Positions 1 to 10,398 are shown, numbered from the stretch's first letter. The stretch is 64,000 nucleotides of DNA from Bdellovibrionales bacterium (GCA_965217115.1 OZ244239.1:1280001-1344000); one strand, 5' to 3'. Translations and numbers: made by a program. Notes: generated by a model from the sequence alone, not told the origin.

Positions 1-1
1 G

Positions 2-958
<957 letters not shown>

Positions 959-967
959 GGGAAGAGA

Positions 968-1363
968 GTGTTTAAATTAACCATAGTTACGCCTGAAAAG
1001 AAAATTCTTATGGATGAAGAGATGTCAGATCTTCTTGTCAGTGGATACAGAGGGGAATTGAATATCCTTCCTGGGCATGCTCCGATGATGACAACTTTAG
1101 AGACGGCCCTCTTACGATATAAGTTAAAAAATGATTCTGATTATAAATCACTGGCAATGAGTTCGGGTTATTTAGAAGTAGATAGCAATGGTGTAAATAT
1201 TCTTGCTGAAACGGCAGAGACGAAAGAGGATATTGATGTGGATAGAGCTAAAGAGAACTTAAAGAAAGCAAACGACCTTTTGGCCAGTGGCGAGTTACAG
1301 GGTAAAGAGCTTGCTAAATATGAGAGAAAGGCCAAAAGAGCGGAGATAAGGCTTTCTCTTTAA
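968..1363 (+). CDS. atpC: F0F1 ATP synthase subunit epsilon
   Basis: LTIVTPEK, GELNILPGHAP, ILAETAE and C-terminal helices; directly after atpD. Confidence 0.97.
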   Translation: MFKLTIVTPEKKILMDEEMSDLLVSGYRGELNILPGHAPMMTTLETALLRYKLKNDSDYKSLAMSSGYLEVDSNGVNILAETAETKEDIDVDRAKENLKKANDLLASGELQGKELAKYERKAKRAEIRLSL

Positions 1364-1381
1364 TTTTTTAGAGTTTAGCTC

Positions 1382-2056
1382 GTGTGGTTGAGGCGTACAG
1401 GGAGAGAATTTATTTTAAAACCGCCTTTAAGAGCGATAGGACTCTTGTTATTTTCGGCTGTTTTATGTCTTTTGTTTTTTGACCAAAAAATAACGTGTTT
1501 TTTTTCTAAAAATGAACCAGAACCTTTTGATTCCATAGCAATGGTTATAACTGATCTTGGCGAAGCGGGTGTATATCTTGCTTTAAGTTTTTTAGGGACT
1601 GTTGTTTTTAAAGTTTTTTCAAGGATAAGTGTTAAAAATAGAGCGAGCCACAAAAAAAAATACGAAGTTTTTTTGATGAGCTTAATTGCGTTTTTATTCT
1701 CTGGTTTTGTGATAACGGTTCTTAAAGTTTTGTTTGGTCGAGAGAGGCCTTATTTTTCGGAGAGTTGTGATCCGTGGGTTTTTACTTGGTTTAACGCCCA
1801 TTGGAATTTTCACTCGATGCCTTCAGGGCATGGGCAAGTTGTTTTTACTTTATGGGCGCTAACTCATTTTTTTAATTGGAAATGGTCTTGGTTTGTTTTA
1901 ATTTATGCCATTTTGATTGGATCCACGAGGGTTGTTATCTTCCGGCACTTTCCGTCGGATGTTTTGGTGTCTTTTGCCGTGAGCTATCTTTGTGTTTGGT
2001 GGCTCTTTTTTAGAAAACAAAAAAAATTATTAAAAGAAAACAATGAACAGCTATAA
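1382..2056 (+). CDS. PAP2-family membrane phosphatase
   Basis: KVLFGRERP, SMPSGH and TRVVIFRHFPSDV are the three PAP2 motifs; hydrophobic segments. Confidence 0.9.
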   Translation: MWLRRTGREFILKPPLRAIGLLLFSAVLCLLFFDQKITCFFSKNEPEPFDSIAMVITDLGEAGVYLALSFLGTVVFKVFSRISVKNRASHKKKYEVFLMSLIAFLFSGFVITVLKVLFGRERPYFSESCDPWVFTWFNAHWNFHSMPSGHGQVVFTLWALTHFFNWKWSWFVLIYAILIGSTRVVIFRHFPSDVLVSFAVSYLCVWWLFFRKQKKLLKENNEQL

Positions 2057-2166
2057 TTTAGTTTTACGAGGGGAGAAGACCCGCTGTCTCGACTTTTGGA
2101 GAGGCTAAGGCGAAGAGTTATTGCTATTAAAAAGACAGACAAAGAAAAAGTAGTTAAAATAAAGCT

Positions 2167-2919
2167 ATGCTAAGGATAGAGAAAAAGAGAAGAATAACAA
2201 AAGGGCTGTTTGCCTTGGTTTTTCTTTTGAACTTCGACGCTTCAATTTGGGCAAATGACTCTCATTCAAACAAAAAAGAAAATCAAGTCATAGACGATGG
2301 ATTGTGGGTTGTGAAAGAGACTGATGGGGGAGCCAGAATTGATGTGGATGGTTTGGTTATTCCTAGGGCCTATGAAGAGAGATATTTGGGATGGGGAACT
2401 CAGTGGAGCATTGGAGTCGGGGCCTTTGGGTGGTTGTTTGATGAACCGAATATAAAAGGGGATCACAGTGAGGTGGGCTTAGGATTTCGTTATGGTTTTG
2501 GTTGGGGAAGTGTCGAGCTTCACTTAGGTTATGGGCTGTTGGAAACAAAAGACCTGGGTCGTGTTGACAATGAAAAATTAACACTGACTTCTATAAAAAC
2601 TTTTCGAGCGGGATTGGCTTATTATGGAGAAAACTTCTTTTTTTCAGATTATTTTTCTCCTTACATAGAAGGAGGAGCCTGCCAATTGAGCTACGCTGTT
2701 GAAGATTCTGAGAGCCAAAAGAGAACGATCTCCTCTAAAGCAGCTCCCTATGTGGCCGTGGGTTTTAACCTGCCTTTGGGTTGGCTTGATAAAGAGAGTG
2801 CTATTTTATCTTATGATGAAATTAGCTTAAGTGATATAGCCCTTTATGTGGAGGCCCAAAAAAAACTTCTCTCAGAAACAGAAGTTTATCTCTCAGGAGG
2901 CTTTAGCCTTATTTTTTAG
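2167..2919 (+). CDS. Hypothetical exported protein, probable outer-membrane beta-barrel
   Basis: Signal-peptide-like N-terminus, alternating Gly/aromatic strands (GLGFRYGFG, PYVAVGFNLPL), C-terminal Phe. Confidence 0.6.
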   Translation: MLRIEKKRRITKGLFALVFLLNFDASIWANDSHSNKKENQVIDDGLWVVKETDGGARIDVDGLVIPRAYEERYLGWGTQWSIGVGAFGWLFDEPNIKGDHSEVGLGFRYGFGWGSVELHLGYGLLETKDLGRVDNEKLTLTSIKTFRAGLAYYGENFFFSDYFSPYIEGGACQLSYAVEDSESQKRTISSKAAPYVAVGFNLPLGWLDKESAILSYDEISLSDIALYVEAQKKLLSETEVYLSGGFSLIF

Positions 2920-3008
2920 CAATGCCTTTGTCACTGTTATTCTCTCTTCCCTTTTTATTGGCTCAAAGAGGGAACCTTAGTTTTTGGGTTTGTTATGGGA
3001 AGGCTTTA

Positions 3009-3044
3009 TAAAAAAACCCCCGTTGTTGATAGGCAACGGGGGTT
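3009..3044 (-). terminator. Rho-independent terminator of the 3074-4243 gene
   Basis: Perfect 11-bp stem aacccccgttg/caacgggggtt (3015-3025/3034-3044); the A-run on + is a T-tail on the minus strand. Confidence 0.85.
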
Positions 3045-3073
3045 CATTAGAATTCTTGCAGACTAACTAGTAA

Positions 3074-4243
3074 TTATAGGCTATTATCGAGGTCTATTAC
3101 AACTTGAATACTGTTGATTTTAGCTTTTCCAAAATCAGGACTGAATTCGATGGATGAAGCATAGTCTTCGATGGTGACAGTGTATATTGGGTCTCTTCCA
3201 GGGACGTAAATTGTTCCCTTATTTTCTTTATTGACGATCACTTCAAACTTTGCATCGTTTCGTACTCCTTCAGCAGCGATGATGAGTTTTTTGATATAAC
3301 GATCTCTATTTCGGAGGGAGACGAAATTTGGATTTCCTTTGGCGACGTAAATAGGACGACTAATTAGAGAGTAGCTACTCGTCCTGTCTTCGTCGAAATC
3401 ACCATTTCTCGGAGGTCTTATATCTCCACAAGAACGATTTGAACTGTGGGAGAGATTTTTAGCTGTGTGGTAGAATCGATTAACGGCGATAACTTCGTTC
3501 GGGTATCCGTAGCTATTTCCAGCTCTGTTGAAGGACTCAAGATCATCAGATAGGCCGTAGAGCCCTTCAATGCGACAAGCGTAGAGATGAGAGTAAATGG
3601 ATCCCTCAAGGTCTTGGGCAGTCCACTCACTCATGTACTGCAGTGATATTAAGAAAGTTCTGGCAGAGCCTTTGGGGTAAATCTGTCCGTTACTTGGGAT
3701 AGCTAGGTGACTAAGAACCATGCGAGTTTGTTCGAAAGCAAAACGAATAAAAGTTCTTTCCATCTTTTCATAGTCACTTTGGCAGTAGCCTCCGTATCTG
3801 TGGCAACGCCGTCCTCGATAAAATGGGCGATCTAATCTGTGGGCCACATTCTTTATAAAATCGTAGTATTTAAAAAGAAAGTAATTAAGAACTCTCAGTG
3901 AATTGGGTTCATGACTGATATGGGTTTCGATGGCATCAGTAATGATGATGCCTCTCTTGATGGACTTGATAGTCAGTGCACCTGAAAGAGAAGGGTCCTG
4001 ATTTTCAGAGGCACTCCTCAGTCCATCTTTTAGGATGGCAATACTGCTAACATGATCGTTAGCTGTGTAATGAACCCAGGCATTGTTCTTAGCTCTATCT
4101 AATAGGTAGAGTCTATTGTGAGACCATTGGGAGAAAGAACTTCTTTGCTGAGATTTAGGAGTTGGATCGGCGTGAGCTAGATGACTGAGTGTCATTAGCA
4201 TGCCAGCAATAAAAATCCCTCCGGATTTGATAAATTGTTTCAT
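3074..4243 (-). CDS. Secreted protein: helical domain paralogous to 6872-7768 plus C-terminal beta-rich domain
   Basis: Signal peptide ending AHA-D, RBS ggagg; motif-by-motif similarity to 6872-7768; C-terminus IKKLIIAAEG...KGTIYVPGRDP recalls Bdellovibrio beta-sandwich domains (from memory, unverified). Confidence 0.75.
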   Translation of the reverse strand: MKQFIKSGGIFIAGMLMTLSHLAHADPTPKSQQRSSFSQWSHNRLYLLDRAKNNAWVHYTANDHVSSIAILKDGLRSASENQDPSLSGALTIKSIKRGIIITDAIETHISHEPNSLRVLNYFLFKYYDFIKNVAHRLDRPFYRGRRCHRYGGYCQSDYEKMERTFIRFAFEQTRMVLSHLAIPSNGQIYPKGSARTFLISLQYMSEWTAQDLEGSIYSHLYACRIEGLYGLSDDLESFNRAGNSYGYPNEVIAVNRFYHTAKNLSHSSNRSCGDIRPPRNGDFDEDRTSSYSLISRPIYVAKGNPNFVSLRNRDRYIKKLIIAAEGVRNDAKFEVIVNKENKGTIYVPGRDPIYTVTIEDYASSIEFSPDFGKAKINSIQVVIDLDNSL

Positions 4244-4288
4244 GTGAAAACCTCCAAATAAAAGATTAAAGTTAGTAATACAGAGCCT

Positions 4289-4370
4289 TTTATAATCTAA
4301 AGGAATATATTTTCACAAGGTTTGAAGGTATTTAGAGGTGACTGTAGTCAGCAGGTGAGTTTTTTACAAT
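4289..4370 (-). promoter_or_regulatory. Putative operator (TGACT-N2-AGTCA, 4339-4350) plus sigma70-like promoter TTGTGA-N18-TATAAA
   Basis: Minus strand reads attgtaaaaaactcacctgctgactacagtcacct, then a -35-like hexamer 20 nt after the palindrome; matches 5808-5889. Confidence 0.6.
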
Positions 4371-4482
4371 CCATGGGGTTTCTGGCAAATGACGACTTTC
4401 TCCATTACTCGACAGGGTATTCGTCTCATCTCTTTAGATTAAAATCAAATAATGAGGAATACGGGGGGTTGTCGGTGATTAT

Positions 4483-5568
4483 TTAATTTGTATTAAGAAT
4501 AAGGACATTAAAGGTTTCTTTGTTCTTAGGAGGAGATTTCCTCAGCACAGAATAAGGGAATTTTTGTTCGATCCAGATATGAAGATATGAATTCCTTTTA
4601 TTTCTTATCTGGTTATAAGTTTGAAAGTCTAAATAAAGAGGAGTGTAAGGAGGGAGATTTTCGTAGGTTTCTTGTAACTGGGGGGGCGACAGCTCTGAGA
4701 GAGAGGCTTTTTGGCTTGTGTGGAGGAGTTGATATTTATTTTTATTCCCATCAATCCAGAAGAGTTTTTTGTTGAGAACGCGAGCTATTTCAAAATGAAT
4801 AAAACTCTCTTTAAAAGAGTGGCATTGCTTCTTATCGAGATTGATAGAAAGAGCGCCCTTTAAAACAGAGTCAATCATTTCTGCCCCTGTAGATGTTCTT
4901 GCCCCTTGAGAGAGAGTCCAAAGGAGGTCGTCTTGGCCACAATTTTTTAGGAGATAGTAGAAATAAAGAAAGTGATGCCCATAGAGTTTTTTGTTTTCTA
5001 GGGAGATATCGTATTGTTCGATTAATGAAGTAGATATATTGTTAAAACTTGCGTGGATGTTATGACTGTTAAGGGTTTTAGTGGCGAGATGTTCAAAGAC
5101 TTGAGCCAAGCCTTCTTTGACCCATGTCTCTTCTCCAGGGTTAAGAATATGGTGTATGGCGTGGAAGTACTCATGGGCTAGAAGTAATTTGAAACTGGAT
5201 TTAAGAAATATTTTAGAATCAATCTCAATTCTCATTCCTTCAGAGTTGGCAATAAAGAGACCGTGTCTCTGGTTTGTTTTTTTAAGAATAATTTTAAGAG
5301 AGTGCTGTTGAATTCTTTTTAGTATTTTCTGAGGGATAAGCGGGTGAACTTGCGTATGTAGAAAGTCCATAGTCGATTGCGCGTGTTGTTTAAGCAGCTC
5401 ATGGGCTTGGAGAGAAACCTTATCTGTCTCTAAGTTTTCTATTTCAATACGAATATGGGGAGATGAGTAGAGGCTAGCGCCCTGGGCGAGGGAGATAAAA
5501 ATGATATTAACTCCCGTCAGAAAAAAAAACGAGAAGGTAGATAAGAGTGTAAAAGATCTTTTTATCAA
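4483..5568 (-). CDS. Exported zinc metallopeptidase-like protein (gluzincin type)
   Basis: LAHEYFHAIH (HEXXH) followed by WVKEGLAQ (third Glu ligand); hydrophobic N-terminus. Confidence 0.75.
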   Translation of the reverse strand: MIKRSFTLLSTFSFFFLTGVNIIFISLAQGASLYSSPHIRIEIENLETDKVSLQAHELLKQHAQSTMDFLHTQVHPLIPQKILKRIQQHSLKIILKKTNQRHGLFIANSEGMRIEIDSKIFLKSSFKLLLAHEYFHAIHHILNPGEETWVKEGLAQVFEHLATKTLNSHNIHASFNNISTSLIEQYDISLENKKLYGHHFLYFYYLLKNCGQDDLLWTLSQGARTSTGAEMIDSVLKGALSINLDKKQCHSFKESFIHFEIARVLNKKLFWIDGNKNKYQLLHTSQKASLSELSPPQLQETYENLPPYTPLYLDFQTYNQIRNKRNSYLHIWIEQKFPYSVLRKSPPKNKETFNVLILNTN

Positions 5569-5807
5569 TTGATAACTCCTAAAAAAAAGTACTCACGCCA
5601 CGATGGATGATTAATTTTGGTGATGACTATGAGTTCGCAATAAGTATATCAGAATTCTTGTGCACATGTTGTTCTCAAGGGAGATTTTATAAAAAATACA
5701 GGGTTGGTTTAGGGGAAAATTGCTCTGAACTTCTCACAAATGGGATGTCAGATGGCCATTAACCATTAGATCAGTCACAGACTTCCCCTGATTTCTTTTT
5801 AAGGGAA

Positions 5808-5889
5808 ATTGTAAAAACTACAGGTGCTGACTGCAAGTCACCTGAAAAGGTTTCAAAAATTTGCAATTAATCATTACGTAGTTCATAAA
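5808..5889 (+). promoter_or_regulatory. Putative operator (TGACT-N3-AGTCA, 5828-5840) plus sigma70-like promoter TTGCAA-N17-CATAAA
   Basis: attgtaaaaactacaggtgctgactgcaagtcacct; -35-like hexamer at 5861, 20 nt after the palindrome; matches the 4289-4370 element. Confidence 0.6.
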
Positions 5890-5924
5890 GGGTCATCAGT
5901 TACAAAAAACTAAAGAGGAATGCT

Positions 5925-6875
5925 TTGGAAATATTGATGGATAATGAAAAACAGGAAAATGAGTTGAGTCATAAGGAAGGCCAAAAGAAGCCTTCTGTTT
6001 ATGAATATATAAGTTTCCGCCGTTTTTTAAAAGAGAGTTATGAGCATCTAGCTTCTAAGAACTCTTCTTTTAGTGAATCGGCTTTTATGAGAAAAGTGGG
6101 ATATAGTACCAGTAGTCGTGGTTATTTTAGCCTTATTCTTAAGGGAAAGAGAAACTTAAGTCACTCTTCTGTTTTGAAGTTTTCTAAGACATTGAAGCTC
6201 TCTAAAAGAGAGACAGATTACTTTGAGAGTCTTGTTTTCTTTAATCAAGCTCAGAATGAAGAGGATAAGAGTTATTATATGGATAAGATGTCTCAGTTCA
6301 TAAAGGGTAAAGAGACTGAAGGGTATGAGCTTTTAAAGAGCCAGCACAACTACTTGTCAAAATGGTATCTCGTAGCAATTAGAGAGATTGTTGTGCTCGA
6401 CGATTTTGTGAATGATGAAGAGTGGATTGCTAAGAGGCTGCGCAATAAAGTGAGTAAGAGAGAAGTTCGAGAGGCGATCAATGACCTTCTTCGTTTGAAG
6501 CTTTTGAAGTTCGACGAGGCGAGAAACCTTTGTCAATTAGACCCGGTGGTGAATTTTTTGGACAATGAGTTGAATCATACAGTCGTCAGTGGAATACATA
6601 AACAGTACTTAAATAGAACCGAAGAGTTGTTAAGTGAAGACAGTTACAATCACCGTAGCGCCAGTTCTGTGACAATTTCTTGTTATGGCGAAGATTTTTT
6701 AAAGATAAGAGAAGAAATTATCAAATTTAGAGAACATATTATTAATAAATACGGAACTCGAGATCAAAGTATGGATACCGTTTTACACATGGGAATACAG
6801 TTGATTCATTTAACTGAGCCTGACTGTGTTAATGGGAGTGGCGTTGATGAGAGTCATAAGGAGAAAATAGGATGA
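5925..6875 (+). CDS. TIGR02147-family protein (N-terminal HTH-like domain plus DUF4423-like domain), putative regulator
   Basis: Y.SFR.FLK..Y, LILKGKRNLS, E.DYFESLVFFNQA, YLSKWYLVAIRE, WIAKRL and AI..L.RL.LL match the pattern of this family. Confidence 0.85.
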   Translation: MEILMDNEKQENELSHKEGQKKPSVYEYISFRRFLKESYEHLASKNSSFSESAFMRKVGYSTSSRGYFSLILKGKRNLSHSSVLKFSKTLKLSKRETDYFESLVFFNQAQNEEDKSYYMDKMSQFIKGKETEGYELLKSQHNYLSKWYLVAIREIVVLDDFVNDEEWIAKRLRNKVSKREVREAINDLLRLKLLKFDEARNLCQLDPVVNFLDNELNHTVVSGIHKQYLNRTEELLSEDSYNHRSASSVTISCYGEDFLKIREEIIKFREHIINKYGTRDQSMDTVLHMGIQLIHLTEPDCVNGSGVDESHKEKIG

Positions 6876-7768
6876 AGTGGGTTTGCGAAAAAAAGAATTG
6901 TTTAATGTTCGTGTTTAGGAATTTGTCCAAAGTACTCTTGGTCTTTCTTTTGTGTTCCAGTTCAGCGGTGGGGCTTGAAACACCTTTTCTTTCTTCTGGA
7001 ACAAACATTGGTGGAGGTAATGAGTCCATTGATTTTGTAGCAACTTGGTGTCAGGAGGCCGTATCGACATTAAAGGAACATAAAGAGAGTGCTAAAATAC
7101 AGGTTCATCAGGGGAACTATCACACGGCTTCTTTGACTTTGGTCAGTGGTTTAGTTCGGGCTTTGGAGCAGAGCCAATCAGAGAATAATTACCTATTTAC
7201 TTATAAGGCCCTCTTAAGGGGTTTGAGTTTGGCAGAATTCCTTGATGTGGGAAGGGTTGATAAAAGTAGTTTTGAAAAAGAAGCGACTTATAATCTACTC
7301 AGAAGTTATTACGATTTTGTTATTGAGACTGTCGCTAGGGATTTAGATTTTGATGTGTACATTCCTTATCTTAGATGTGTTGATTGTGAATTGCATGATG
7401 CAGATCATTTTGAGCGTCGTTTTGTGAATTATGTTGTGAAGCAGTTGAGTTATATCCAAAGGACTTTAGTCAATGTGATCCATAGGGAAGGATATATAGA
7501 AATAACCCCTATAGGACCTGAGAGTTACTATTTAAAATCGATGGAGTTCTTTGCTCAGTACACGGCGGAGGATTTAAAGAACAGTCTTTGGAAGCAGCGT
7601 TTTAGTTGTGTGATTAGTGAGCTTAAGTCTTTAAATGGTAAACTTCAGCACTACAATCAGGGCAATACATCACTGTATCCAGACTCTCGTATTGCAGTCA
7701 ATATGGTGGGGAATCAGGTTTATAGAATTATTTCTCGTCTAAGGACAGAGGCAAATTGTTATTATTAA
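6872..7768 (+). CDS. Secreted helical-domain protein, paralog of 3074-4243
   Basis: Signal-like hydrophobic stretch then SSGTNIGGGNE; overlaps the regulator stop codon (ATGA); shares motifs with 3074-4243. Confidence 0.75.
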   Translation: MKWVCEKKNCLMFVFRNLSKVLLVFLLCSSSAVGLETPFLSSGTNIGGGNESIDFVATWCQEAVSTLKEHKESAKIQVHQGNYHTASLTLVSGLVRALEQSQSENNYLFTYKALLRGLSLAEFLDVGRVDKSSFEKEATYNLLRSYYDFVIETVARDLDFDVYIPYLRCVDCELHDADHFERRFVNYVVKQLSYIQRTLVNVIHREGYIEITPIGPESYYLKSMEFFAQYTAEDLKNSLWKQRFSCVISELKSLNGKLQHYNQGNTSLYPDSRIAVNMVGNQVYRIISRLRTEANCYY

Positions 7769-7802
7769 GTTTAGAATTTATATATCTTAGGAGGATATCG
7801 CA

Positions 7803-8669
7803 ATGAAACATTTAATTTGGACAATGGTTTTTTATGTAGGTTTGATAATGCAGGGGCAGTTGGTCATGGCGTTTTCTTTACAAGAAGGCACTTATAAGGG
7901 GTCACATTACGACTCTTTAAAAAAAGGGAAGGCGGCTGTTTACTTAATGTTAAAGCCAGTCTCAGGAAGGGAAGGGAGCTTTCTTGCTGTTCTAATGAAG
8001 AGTAAGAAAAGAAAGAAGCAAGTGTCTTTTTATGTGATGGACTTGGCGTCAAAATTTTCTTACTCTCTAACCCCCCTTGATGTGACCACTGATGGACAAA
8101 TAGGTATTATCAATGATGACCCCAGTCTTGTTTTGTCGATGAGTACAGGAGAGAAGAATAAGTACTCCATTAAGATAACATCGAGCAATAGTGGCAATAC
8201 TAAGGGTTTTTCAGGGTATATGGTGTTTGAGGAAAGATCAGATAATTACCAGTGGATTGCTAATGGAGCTGGTAATTACAACTATGCAGGTCGAAAAAAC
8301 GCATTACAAATTTCTAGCTGGGATATTCTGGAAGGAGAGGCAGATGCCATTTTCACAACAGCTTCATTGAACGGGTCCTTTAAGATCAGTGAAAGTTTTC
8401 CTCAAATGTATTTAATCAATGCCAACAAGGTTTTAGCTACTGGCAGTAAAGTGGATTCTATCCCACGTAAAATAGGTTTCTTTATTAAAGAGAAAGGAGA
8501 ATGGTCGGGTAAAAAAGAGTGTTTTGTTCTGGTCAACCCAGAGAATGATAGAGATGTTATGACTTTTACGACGGGAAGTAGTGGGTCGAGTTCTTGGTTT
8601 AGTGGAGATTCAGGAACCTTTGATGATGATGATAATGATGGCGGGATGAGAGGTTCCGGACGAAAATGA
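7803..8669 (+). CDS. Secreted hypothetical protein (beta-rich, Gly/Ser/Asp-rich tail)
   Basis: RBS aggagg, signal peptide ending VMA-F, 288 codons. Confidence 0.7.
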   Translation: MKHLIWTMVFYVGLIMQGQLVMAFSLQEGTYKGSHYDSLKKGKAAVYLMLKPVSGREGSFLAVLMKSKKRKKQVSFYVMDLASKFSYSLTPLDVTTDGQIGIINDDPSLVLSMSTGEKNKYSIKITSSNSGNTKGFSGYMVFEERSDNYQWIANGAGNYNYAGRKNALQISSWDILEGEADAIFTTASLNGSFKISESFPQMYLINANKVLATGSKVDSIPRKIGFFIKEKGEWSGKKECFVLVNPENDRDVMTFTTGSSGSSSWFSGDSGTFDDDDNDGGMRGSGRK

Positions 8670-8742
8670 TCACAATTGGAACTAAATGAATTAAGAGGCT
8701 CCATTGAAGTTAAACAGAGAAGACATTAAAGAGGAAGATATT

Positions 8743-10398
8743 ATGAAAATCTTAAGCAAAGTGAAGAGAGTTTTAAAAAAGGGAAGTGTGTTGACTTTGT
8801 CCATGTCTTTGTTTTTAGGGTTGAGTTTCTCCCAAGCGGAGATTGCCGGCAATTTAGGCGGCAATTTAGGTCTTAATCTAGGTATTAATATTGAAGCCGT
8901 GCTCAATGAAGGGACTCAAGTTGAGTTATCTCAAGAGCAGATATCAGAGATACTCCCCTGGGCTAAGAACTCGAAGATTTTCCTAGAGAATCTTCTTGAG
9001 GATGTGGCAGGTTTGCGTAAGGCAGAGCAATTACAGCAGTTGAAGGGAGGTATTCGAGATGTGGTTTTAAAAAGTGCCCCTAAGAACACTGAACTTTTAA
9101 TGCGTTATGTGTTGAACCGTTCAATGAAGCTTGTTGATGTGATCTCCACTGAATCAGTTTCTGGTGATCGGGGAATTATGAGCAATCAACTTCGCCTACT
9201 TAAAAGAAGTGTTGAGATGGCTTTGGGTTATTATAAGAGTGATCTGTCCTACTTAAATGGTGAGGATGACAGTGAAGACCGTGTTTCTTTTGGGGTCTTT
9301 GGATTGGAGTATTCTGTGTTTTTAGCAGATTTAGGAAAATCGATCTTAGATGCATCGGCTCAATATAAAGTTATAAGAACGGGTTTAGGTTTTCTGCAAT
9401 GGGATCTTTATAGGGATCAGAACAATAAGTTATTTGCTCCATCGATTATGTCGTTAAATAACGTCCTAAAGGCGAATCCTGAAGACGTAGAAGCCAGTGA
9501 TCAGAATTACCTAGAGAGAATTCGTCAGTTAAAGAGGGTTTACAAAAAACAAAAAAACAGTATCGTGCAAAAGTTAAGAATAGCAGGCGTGCAAGTGAGA
9601 AAAGAGAGAAGGAAAGAGCGGGGAGTTTCTTCAAGTGTGCTCCAAGCTCTTTTTGTAAAGGTAGAGCCGGGTAGGTTTCAGATGGGAAGTTCCACTCGTG
9701 AAAAAGGTCGTTATGATGATGAGACCCAGCATGAAGTGACTTTAACGAAAGGTTTTGAGATGCAAGCGACAGAGGTCACTCAGGAGCAATGGTTTGAAGT
9801 CATGGGCGATAGCCCCTCCGACTTTAATAAAAAAACATACTGTGAAGATTCTTTTAAGGATGTGGATGGGACTCCACTATGCCCTCAACATCCTGTGGAG
9901 AACATTTCTTGGAAAGATGTTCAGGATTTTATACGTGAGTTAAATATATTAAGTTCTACTCATACTTATAGATTACCGACTGAGGCCGAATGGGAGTATG
10001 CGGCCCGTGCAGGGACGAAAACCCCTTTTAATTTAGGGGGAGATATCTCTCCAGAGAGAGTGAACTATAATGGTGATGAGCCTTATAGAGGTGTTAAAGG
10101 TCTTAATAGAAAACAGACAGTCGCGGTGGCTAGTCTTGATAATGCGAATAGATGGGGTCTTTATGATATGCACGGTAACGTGTGGGAATGGGTGAAGGAC
10201 CGATACACTAAGTACCCCGATAGGCCTATGATAAATCCAAATCTCTTGAATCGCCCACGCTCACAAGTTGTTTTGCGTGGTGGTGACTGGGCATCCAAAG
10301 CTAGGCACATGCGGTCGGCGATGCGTCTTAACAGCGATTATTCTTGGAGCGACGAAGACGGCAGTGCGGGCTTCCGTCTTGTGAGGACTGCCAAATAG
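8743..10398 (+). CDS. Secreted protein: conserved helical N-domain plus FGE-sulfatase-like (CLec fold) C-domain; putative DGR target
   Basis: Start after RBS aaagagg; signal peptide ending SQA-E; F.MGS, EVTQ.QW, PVENISW, YRLPTEAEWEYAARAG, GLYDMHGNVWEW, VLRGG.W, GFRLVR. Confidence 0.9.
   Translation: MKILSKVKRVLKKGSVLTLSMSLFLGLSFSQAEIAGNLGGNLGLNLGINIEAVLNEGTQVELSQEQISEILPWAKNSKIFLENLLEDVAGLRKAEQLQQLKGGIRDVVLKSAPKNTELLMRYVLNRSMKLVDVISTESVSGDRGIMSNQLRLLKRSVEMALGYYKSDLSYLNGEDDSEDRVSFGVFGLEYSVFLADLGKSILDASAQYKVIRTGLGFLQWDLYRDQNNKLFAPSIMSLNNVLKANPEDVEASDQNYLERIRQLKRVYKKQKNSIVQKLRIAGVQVRKERRKERGVSSSVLQALFVKVEPGRFQMGSSTREKGRYDDETQHEVTLTKGFEMQATEVTQEQWFEVMGDSPSDFNKKTYCEDSFKDVDGTPLCPQHPVENISWKDVQDFIRELNILSSTHTYRLPTEAEWEYAARAGTKTPFNLGGDISPERVNYNGDEPYRGVKGLNRKQTVAVASLDNANRWGLYDMHGNVWEWVKDRYTKYPDRPMINPNLLNRPRSQVVLRGGDWASKARHMRSAMRLNSDYSWSDEDGSAGFRLVRTAK

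Noticed and set aside
8704..8742. Upstream TTG starts for cassettes 1 and 3 (8704, 11677)
   Set aside because: All three cassettes share an RBS and ATG at MKILSK (8743, 10458, 11746), which gives a normal signal peptide
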